This document shows, piece after piece, positions 46,345 through 55,650 of a stretch of DNA of 55,650 nt. The notes under the pieces were generated by a model, which saw only the letters and a list, made by a program, of their open reading frames with translations, did not search any database and was not told the origin of the DNA. Each line of letters begins with the position of its first letter. Position 1 is the stretch's first letter. The DNA is from Asterionella formosa (taxonomy: Eukaryota), in NCBI GenBank assembly GCA_002256025.1, contig NKIB01013551.1, positions 1 to 55,650 of the forward strand, written 5' to 3'. The position numbers and the translations under genes are program-made.

Positions 46345-46850
46345 TAAAGTCGACAGTGCACATACCGGTACTCACACGCTAATCAGGTTTGAGGAAACGG
46401 ACAATGGTTCCAACGAGCGAATAATGATACCACGAGTACCAATTTTTCCAGCGAAAGAATTTGTCTCTCTATTGATGAGGATGACACGGACACGGACACC
46501 GACTTTTCCAGGAGCAAATAACAATAAAGAAACCCACTTGTCGCTCTATTGATGTTAACAAAGATGCGGACAAGTTCAACAGTGAATACAAGAACAACAT
46601 ACCATTGAAAACAAGTCGACAGTGTGTGTACGCACACGCCAAGCAGGTTTGAGGCAATCGACAATTCCAACAAGCAAATGACGATACAGATATCAAATTC
46701 ATCCTACGAGCAAATAACAATGAAAAGAGCCACTTGCTTTCGCTCTCTTAATGGTATCAAAGATGCGGACAAGTTCAAAAGTTAATTTAAGTACAGTATG
46801 CCAAATGCAGAAACGAGCGAGCGATATGAAAATGAAATGCGTTCTAATCA
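46345..46850. repeat. Old tandem repeat, ~266-bp period, ~2 copies
   Basis: AAGTCGACAGTG..CAGGTTTGAGG and CAAAGATGCGGACAAGTTCAA each occur twice. Confidence 0.65.
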
Positions 46851-47094
46851 GAATCATTCTATAACTATAGCTATGTGGACAGTAGTCTGTTACGCACATT
46901 TTCGTATCTCCTTCTATGCTGAATCTCAATAGTAGATGTAGTATCATGTGAGAATTGAAAAATTTATATGTAGTCAAAAGGGTTTCTATTTAAATTACAA
47001 GGGCATTTATCAAAATTATTAGATGATTTTATAACGAAGAACGTCAGCATGAGAATTTGCAATATCTCTGAGGGAAAAGCTTCATCTTGAGCAT

Positions 47095-48340
47095 CCACTC
47101 CATTTGGTTTCTATAAATATTTACGCCTCCCTATGGGGGTGAAACAATCATCGGACATTGCACAAGAAACTATGGAACAGATTCTTAGTGATTTAGATGA
47201 TGTGGAAATTTATATTGATGATGTTGGTTGTTTTTCAATGAATTTTTCGGATCACCTTCATTTATTGGACACTATTTTACATCGATTACAGGCAAATGGT
47301 TACCTGGTACTGGTTTTGGTGAACTTCCACCCAGGAATGCATTATTTTTACCATGGTCAGAAGTTGCAGTAGATCTTATTGGTCCATGGAAGATAATTGT
47401 GGCTGCTCAAACGATTGAATTTCGTGCTCTAACTTGTATTGACACAGTCACCAATTTAGCAGAAATTTCACGTATTACCAATAAAACATCAGAATTTATT
47501 GCAATGAAATTTGAAAATGATTGGTTAGCCAAATATCCCAATCCAGAACGTTGTATACATGACAATGGAGGTGAATTTACTGGTGTTCCTTTCTTACACA
47601 TGTTAGTATTGAATGGAATCAAAGATGTGACTACTATTGTAAAGAATCCACAAGCAAATGCTATCTGTGAACGTTTACATCAATCCATCAGTGATAGTCT
47701 ACAAGTTATGTTAAAAGCTCATCCTCCAATCAATGAATTTCAAGCCCAAAATATTGTGGATACATGTTTTGCAGCTGCGTCATATGCAGCTCGAGCTACT
47801 ATTCATAGTATATTACGTATATCACCAGGAGCATGGGTTTTTCAACGTGATATGATAATAAATATTCCTTTTATTACAGATTTACAATTAAGATATCAAC
47901 GTCGACAAGTGATAATTGACAAACGTTTACGTCGTGCTAATTTCCGTCCTCGATCTTATGATTACAAAGTGGGTGACGAGATTTTAATATTATTGGATAA
48001 TCCTACTACTTTGGATGATCGTGGACGAGGTCCTTATACTATTATTCAAGTACATGCCAATGGTACAGTTACTTTTCAACGCACTATGCACATTACAGAA
48101 CGAATTAATATTCGTCGTATCAAACCTTTTCATAGGTCAAAGGTTTTCCGTCAAGTGTGGGAGAGTGAGCAATCCTGCATATCGATACAGATGTATATAG
48201 GGTTAGGGTTATATCAAATATATCAGAATTCAATAATGAGAGAACTCGAATAACACCCATTCTATACTTTGATGTCAGTTCAGGAAATGAGTTGTACATA
48301 AGGATTAATTAATAAGCTCATATATTCAACAAATACTACT
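47095..48340 (+). mobile_element. Ty3/Gypsy LTR retrotransposon remnant: RT fragment fused to the integrase core, then PPT and probable 3' LTR from 48166
   Basis: RT YKYLRLPMGVKQSSDIAQ..YIDD; integrase VAVDLIGP, IHDNGGEF, NPQANAICER, GPY, INIRRIKPF; GGGAGAG immediately before TG at 48166; LTR right end uncertain. Confidence 0.88.
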
Positions 48341-49036
48341 ACTTCTAGTTAGATACTTCACGGAGTATTCCGTTTCTAATCATTCAACCCTCTACCTGTA
48401 GTTACCCTGGTACCAGGTACCAGTTGTACCTGTTACCATCAGGGTACATATCGGCACCTTGATGTAACTTCAGGTGCCGGTATGGGGATGATAATATACC
48501 GGTAGTTTCAGAACCGAACGTATCCCCTACTACCTGGTATGTACTAAGTCCTGAGTATGCTCGATTTTGTGTAGATAGAAAACCATAGATCCTATATAGC
48601 ACAGAATTATGTTCAAGGAATAAAATATACCGGTAAGGCCGTTGCAAACGGTGGACCAAAACGCAAACCAAACAGTGTTTTGGTTTCGGTAACCCTAAAA
48701 AACGATGCTATTGGGAGTGAAAAACCCAACGCAAACGCATTACGTTTAGGGGATACCGTGCCCATATCCCAATAAGTAACCCAAACGCATTACGTTTAGG
48801 TTTTTCTCTTTCAAAGTTACCTAAACGTAGGATTCCATATTGACTACGTTGAATGTAGTCACTAGAAACCCAATTATTATCATCGTAGAATCAGTACATA
48901 TAGGACGCATCATTTACCAGTATATCATACATAGATACAACAATAGCTATACGGTACTCTGGTACCAGGTACCAGGGGACCACACTGTCGAGAACAACAA
49001 CAACAACAAATCATCTCGGATTTCACCACAATCAAA

Positions 49037-50709
49037 ATGTCATCAAACCCATATTTCACCAACATGGCACACATGGATTCATGTGACCATCGCCCACATA
49101 ACATTGTACAATGTCTAGATGCTAATGGTGAGGTAGAACCAGAGAAATACTTCCAGTATCTTCAGTTTTTGTCTGATTTCGGAAGAACTCTACTCATGCC
49201 CACTCCAGAAATACAAGGTCTTAACAATGTGCCTCTACCCCCAAGAGTTAGAGTGAGAGGAAAGAACAAGTCTGTGAATACATCAATGACGAAGGGATAA
49301 TTCAAATGATAACTCCTGTGATGTCAAACTGGTATATACAATACATTTCCAGACCAGCAGTTGAATCATTGTCATTTCAAAAGAAATTCCGCCGCAGATT
49401 TCGACTACCACACAACCAGTTCCTCCAATTTGTTGTTGATGCTAGAGATTCAAATTGGTTTCCTCGCTGGACTCGACCTGATGCAACAGGAAGGGCATCA
49501 TCACCCCTTGAACTTATCGTTTTAGGAGCATTCAGGTACCTTGGGAAAGGATGGACTTTTGATGACATTGAGGAGAATACTGGTATCAGTCAAGAGACCC
49601 ACAGGCAATTCTTCCACGCCTTTATTGAAGTTGGAAGTACCATCCTTTACAAAAAATATGTTAGAACTCCAACAAACCCATTGGAAGCAGAGCATCACAT
49701 GTTTGAAATGACACAGGCAGGTTTCCCTGGATGTCTTGGGTCCACAGATGCTACACATGTGACAATAGAGCAATGCTTCAATCGGCTTCGGAACCAGCAT
49801 ATATAATCAAAACTTCCTTGTACAGCCAGGACTTATAATGCTACTATGAGTCATAGCCAGAGGATCCTGTCTAGTACCACGGAACATCCTTGTCGATGGA
49901 ATGATAAAACAGTAATCAACTTTGATAATTTTGCTCGAGGCATCCAGAATGGTGCAGATGCCTTAAAAGATGTGGAGTTTGAGCTTAAAGAAAAAGATCG
50001 GAATGGAGCAGTTGTCTCCATAAAGTATAGTGGATGCTTTTTGATAGTTGACAATGGATATCTAAAATGGTCTACGACAGTGCCTCCAACCAAAAACCCA
50101 GAAACTGAACAAGAACTTAGATGGTCTGAATGGCTGGAGTCACTTAGAAAAGATGTGGAATGTACCTTTGGAATAATCAAGGGACACTGGCAGATTTTAA
50201 AATCAGGCATCCGAATACATGGAGTAACAGAACCTGACAAGGTCTGGCAAACATGTTGTGCATTTCATAACAAGTTACTTTATATTGATGGCTTAGACCT
50301 GCAATGGCAAAATGGTGTTTTAAGTGACTGGGAAGGACCATTAGGCCAATTAAATGGATCTGAAGCACCTTTTGCTATTCAAAGGCTAAATGCAGTTGGA
50401 AGACTGGCAGTACTTGGATCAGCCAGTTTGCGAACAATTGATACCTCTGGAATGGGTCCTGGTAATGATGGTGATGGACAAATTCCTGATGCAATTCGCA
50501 ATTTAGTGCCGGATCCAAATGACAACTTCAATATTGAAGTGCTAACAAAGAATGTTGATACAGTTCTAGCAGTCCGGCATTTAAGTTTACAGATTTTCAA
50601 GAGTAAACTCATTGAACATTTTGATATTTTATGCAAACAAAACAAGATTGTTTGGCCATCACGTTGTAATGTAAATGATCATCCCAAAACCTTAAAATTA
50701 TCTGTTTAG
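49037..50709 (+). pseudogene. Harbinger (DDE_Tnp_4/Plant_tran-like) transposase with a frameshift near 49270 and an in-frame TAA at 49804
   Basis: FRRRFRLP, GFPGCLGSTDATH, WNDK, LIVDNGY, LESLRKDVECTFGIIK.WQIL, C..FHN. Confidence 0.9.
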
Positions 50710-50765
50710 AAACTAAAAGAAAATTAGTATGAGCATGAACTAAATTAGTTTACTGGGCACCAAAA

Positions 50766-51307
50766 TCCCCTTGTTTCAATACCCGGTCGGAACATGATGT
50801 GGCTACTGTGAAACTATACCTATTACTACGTTAGTACTGTAAGACTGTAGGTTTGCCCTACCAGCATTCCCTTCTTCCCCTTCTCTCAACATGACGTGGC
50901 TACAGTGAAACTGTACCTATTACTACACTGGTACTATGAAACTGTAGGTTTGCCCTACCAGCATTCCCTTTTTCCCCTTCTCTCAATACCCGGTCGGAAC
51001 ATGACGTGGCTACAGTGAAACTGTACCTATTACTACACTGGTACTATGAAACTGTAGGTTTGCCCTACCAGCATTCCCTTCTTCCCCTTCTCTCAATACC
51101 CGGTCGGAACATGACGTGGCTACTGTGAAACTGTACCTATTGTGAAACTGCACCTATTGCTACGTTAGTACTGTGAGACTGTAGGTTTGCCCTACCAGAA
51201 TTCCCTTCTTCCCCTTGTTTCAACACCCGGTCAGAACATGACGCTGGTACTAAGAAACTATACCTATTACTACGCTGGTACTATGAAGCTGTAGCTTTGC
51301 GCTACCA
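50766..51307. repeat. ~110-bp tandem repeat, ~5 copies, inside the Harbinger element
   Basis: AATACCCGGTCGGAACATGA..CTGTAGGTTTGCCCTACCAG units; period 110 between 50985 and 51095. Confidence 0.9.
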
Positions 51308-51775
51308 ATCTAATGAATATTACTGAGAATGTCGGTGCTGGAACGGAAGAAAAAGACGATCCATTTTTACATGTGGCAAAATCTTTTTGTATTTCCGAGA
51401 AAATCTATAACCCTCCTATTCGTTTGTTGAACAAACATTCAAAACAACTGCAAAATACAAAGAACTTGCAAATACTATGGAAGGAAAAGCCATGCAAGTG
51501 TTTCCTTTCAAGAATTATACTGACAGCTTAAAATATTCAAAGCTGGATCTGCCAAATGTAAAACCATTTTGGCATATGATGAAGTCCTTGTTACTACCAG
51601 ATTCCAATGATGTCTCCAGCAATAATGACAGAGTTATACCGCATACTGCCACTATGTTGTTCACCAATTCTGGAAAGAATGGCTACCCAAAACCTCAGAA
51701 ACCACATCAACATAATGCGAAAGGGAAACACCTATGCCTTGGGGAATGATAATGTCGTTGTCTTTAGGAGGGAAC

Positions 51776-52024
51776 TGCTTAAATGTATGGAATAACTGAG
51801 CAGATGAGAAACATGCAATACTTTTTTCCATACCATTCAAATTCATCTTTCTCATGTGTGCTTAAATGCATGGAATAACTGAGCAGATGAGAAACATGCA
51901 ATACTTTTGTCCATACCATTCAAATTCATCTTTCTCATGTGTGCTTAAATGCATGGAATAACTGAGCAGATGAGAAACATGCAATACTTTTGTCCATACC
52001 ATTCAAATTCATCTTTCTCATGCG
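51776..52024. repeat. 83-bp tandem repeat, 3 near-identical copies
   Basis: TGCTTAAATG(C/T)ATGGAATAACTGAGCAG at 51776, 51859 and 51942. Confidence 0.92.
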
Positions 52025-52363
52025 TGGAGATATAGTCCATGGAGGAGCTTTGGATTATAGTAAAAAAATGGTGCTCTACGGATTCATTTCTATTTATTGC
52101 CAGCTATAAAACAAAGAAATGGACACACTGTCGCCGAACTGAAACGACAAGATAACAAGATACACACTGATGGATCAATATGCGGTCGTAACCAGAAATT
52201 TTCGTCATTCTTGTTGCAACATGACGGAACAGGGTGGTCTAATTTATAATCTAATTTCACACTTTATGTAATTGAAATTTTTTATAATGTTGTATTCCAT
52301 ATGTATTTATTTAGTGGGGTAGTCAACAATTAAGCAAAAGTGTTAGAAGGCCTAACGCATTTT

Positions 52364-53040
52364 TCATATCCCAACATCATCATTCAATGCCACAGCAGCA
52401 CCCAAGATTTCCTCCTCATCATCATTAGCTGGGTCGCTGTAGCTGGTTCGACCCTTCAGATATCGAAACATGTGGTTTAATACATGGTTGTCATAGTCTT
52501 CAACATTGTTCCCGGTAGGCAAAGTCCCATCAGGGAGTAAAAAGTGCGACCCAAATGCTAAGGCCTTTTTCCAATTCAGCAGGGCATGCAGAGCCATCTT
52601 CAAAAGAGTTCAACCAGTAATTAAAAAGGACATATTTTTCATTCCAGTGCCTGCAAGAGATCTTGTAGTGAATTGAGAGCCAACAACATATCTGTTTTGA
52701 TAATCATGGGAATAGCAATCTTTTAAGACCAAATCAAAGGCAGAAAAACGATCTGCATTTCTTTCTGGGAGGTTGGTATTCAGCTCCTTTCTACTCCAAA
52801 GGTCTTCGAACTGACCCCTTCCCCTCAGCAGAAACTCCAAATATCCAATGCTTCCTTTCACAGATGGATCGCCTTGATAAAGTAAATATATTTTATTCTG
52901 AAGATTTTTGATCGTCATTGTTGGCCCTCCTGATACCTTGTCCAGAACAGCAACAGCAACAGTTCGTTGCAACTCCTTTTGCCATGCAGAGGGAGAAAGA
53001 GCTCTCTTGGCTGGAAGGGGTGCTGGCACCATGATCAAGG
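52364..53040 (-). pseudogene. Second Harbinger gene (putative DNA-binding partner), frameshifted or truncated
   Basis: Two adjacent minus ORFs convergent with the transposase; LPTGNNVED loosely resembles the SGxxxED motif of Myb-like/NAM-associated Harbinger proteins; no clear Myb Trp repeat seen. Confidence 0.5.
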
Positions 53041-55650
53041 ATGCTGATTGTTGGCAATCGACAGATGTTGTTATGTTCTTGTTGTTGTTGTGTACCTGGT
53101 AATATGTACTTGGAGTATATGTTTACGACTCTATATCATATATATACATATTGGTGTGTAGTTGGATGACAACAAGACAGCAGCATCGCTCAAATTGCGG
53201 GAAAAACTAACTAATTCCCAAATAGGAAAAGTAGTGTCTAATAGAAATATTTTACTTTCCTACGTCACAGTAGATGGGTGGTTGACAGCATTTAGGATTT
53301 CCCAAAAACCGATAGCATCGTTTTTTCGTCAGTTGACCAAAACCAAAACCAATCCAAAAACGTTTTTGGGTTTTGGTTTGGGTCAATGGTTAGCAATGGC
53401 CTAATACACATTACTGGTACATGTTATTTTTGATACTCGTTGTCATATCATGCTCAATGCATCGTTCTTGGTTTCAAAAAAGCAGCCATAATCCATTTGA
53501 CCAGTGGATATTCATGACAAATATTTAACACACTGATGGAGATCGAACCAAAAGACCGCAAAAGAACGCGAAGTTCGCAAAAGTTCGCAAAAGGTTGCAA
53601 AAGGTCGCCAAAGATCGCAAAAGTTCGCAAAAGACAGCAAAAGAACGGAAAAACCCGGATATACGACGTTTTTCTGTGGTCTTTTGCAAACTCCACGTTC
53701 TTTTGCGGTCTTCTGCGAATTTTTGCGAACTTCGCGTTCTTTTGCGGTCTTTTGGGAAAATGTGAAGGTCGATTTTAGATAAAACTTCGTTTTGTATGTG
53801 ACTTTTTGTACTTCGGAGTTTCTGTCAACTCCCTGTCCTCCATCATTATGAACCAATATTATGTACTACCTGGTGCTCCGAGTACTGAAATACCATTCCT
53901 CTGGGACTCCGGTACTTATTTGCATACCGGTATATACCTTTGTGCGTGGAGTGATATTGAAACTACATACAACAACATAGATTCATTATAAATGTATAAA
54001 CAAGAGCCATGAGCATACATGTTGGCATACTCCTAATTTATATATGTGTTTTGCCTTTGAGCAAAATTATGTTTACATTCAGCAACGTAGAAAAAGTATA
54101 AACTTTTAAATATCATAATTTTTTTAATGGAACTCTATCAATCTGGCCCCGATTCCTATTTAATTCAAATATTCAAATGGACACTCGAATCATGAGAATT
54201 CATAGTAGGAAACTCCCTGTTCCACGCCGTTTTTGCAACCCTAGCGATATTTTCTCCAAACTAGGGTTAAGCCGGGGCCGCAACCTTAATCTTCGGGGAG
54301 TTGACGGAAACCCCGAAGTACAAAAAGTCACATACAAAAACGGTGTTTTATCTAAAATCGACCTCGCATCACGTTTTCCCAAAGGACGGCAAAAGAACGT
54401 GATGTTCGCAAAAGTTCTTAAAAGACCGCAGAAAAACGTCGTATATCCGGATTTTCCCGTTCTTTTGCGGTCGTTTGAGGTCTTTTGCGAATTTTTGCGA
54501 ACTTCGCGTTCTTTTGCGGTCTTTTTGTTCGATCTCCGTCAGTGTGTTAAATATTCGTCATTAATATCCACTGGTCAAATGGATTATGACTGCTTTTTTG
54601 AAGCCAAGAACGATGCATTGAGCATGGTGTGACAACGAGTATCAAAAATAACATGTACCAGTAATGTGTATTACCGGTATATTTTATTCCTTGAACATAA
54701 TTCCGTGCTATATAGGATCTATGGTATTCTATCTACACAAAATCGAGGATACTCAGGACTAAATACACATACCAGGTAATAGGGGATATGTTCGGTTCTG
54801 AAACTACCGGTATTTTATCATCTCCATACCGGTACGTGAAGTTACACTAAGGGGATGATATGTACTCTGATGGTATCAGGTACCTGGTACCACTGGCACT
54901 CCACCTGGTAACGGTACCAGTGCCGGTACCGGTTCCGGACACCGGTATACCGTGTGATGAGCAATGTTATTGCCCGTGGATGTTTAATAATTGCCTGATC
55001 AGAGCTCAAACTCGATTCGACGAAATGGAAGTCGCGCGTACTTTTTAAGAAGGACGCGAACTTCGCAGAAATACGCGCGACTAGAATTTTGCAAGATATT
55101 TGAAAAAAAGCGGGTCTATGCACGATACAGATGAGGAATTTTCCATGTAGCGAGGAAGAACGGAGTTTCCCGTACCAGGTACCAGTAAAGAACTACTGTG
55201 ACCCACTGAGTTCTCCTATTCGTTTGATTAGTTCGACTACACCTTTTCCATGCCTTGCGAGAATCAAACTTCCAGGTCTTGTTAACCAAAGGAGTCAGCA
55301 AATTGTGGATCTGTCGGTATTCTCATTGAAGGTCGAGGTACTGAGATACGAAGCCTTTAATGTGGACAAAATTTGCCGGTAATGGGTCACAGCAGTACTT
55401 AAATTTTTATCTATAATTGCATATAATTTTATATACCATTATGATCACGGATTACCCCGTTTGGTTTTCGCAAAATTATTTTTAAGAATTTTCGCATCCA
55501 GTATTTATATCACTATCACACGCAAATGCATTCAGCCACATGAAATGCTTGCGCCTATCAACACCACTGCAATATCGCCCTCATCCCTACTAAGCTCCTG
55601 TCCTCCCACAAGCACAACATCAAGAGGCCGAATTGGATATGGAGAATCCT

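Larger units (their letters stand above)
48638..53401 (+). mobile_element. PIF/Harbinger DNA transposon, full length but decayed, with TAA target-site duplication
   Basis: Imperfect TIRs GGCCGTTGCAAAC.. / ..GTTAGCAATGGCC; TAA at 48635-48637 and 53402-53404; subterminal AAAAAACGATGCTAT inverted pair; two convergent genes. Confidence 0.93.
48429..54880. mobile_element. Non-autonomous foldback/long-TIR DNA element (arms ~590-640 bp, spacer ~460 bp, TA-flanked), left arm interrupted by a Harbinger element
   Basis: 48429-48637 plus 53405-53833 is the diverged reverse complement of 54296-54880; ends are TA|CCTGTTACCATCAG and CTGATGGTATCAGG|TA. Confidence 0.88.

Noticed and set aside
50766..52024. 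CRISPR-like array
   Set aside because: Units are contiguous 83-110 bp tandem repeats without unique spacers; no cas genes; eukaryotic context
53454..54632. ORFs of 80-151 aa in the foldback arms
   Set aside because: They arise from repetitive TIR sequence and appear as mirror images on both strands

Overview
This is eukaryotic nuclear DNA, most likely from a diatom or related stramenopile. That is an inference from short GT-AG introns that restore reading frames, a signal-peptide plus 'A-F' plastid-type leader, diatom-style LRR membrane proteins ending in ADC...CxCCxxC, and RXL motifs. The left half (2.6-22.7 kb) is gene-dense. It holds a DUF1338/HglS-type dioxygenase, FolC/FPGS, two type-II membrane LRR proteins, a PAP2 phosphatase, and an intronless ~2285-aa protein that combines a flavin-monooxygenase-like fold, several SH3-like inserts and C-terminal membrane helices. 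At 29.1-36.4 kb a ~2400-aa repetitive secreted or adhesin-like protein appears to be cut off mid-repeat. The rest is mostly decayed transposons: a pogo/DDE_1 remnant, a Plavaka/CACTA-like element with a Ulp1-like protease gene and a DUP-TRP/INV-DUP rearrangement, and an internally deleted Ty3/Gypsy element. A PIF/Harbinger element (TAA TSD) is nested in one arm of a long-TIR foldback element, and the other arm preserves the empty site. Intergenic TACC(A/T)GGTA-rich tracts are abundant and match the footprints expected from that foldback family's termini. All calls come from reading the sequence; no database searches were run.
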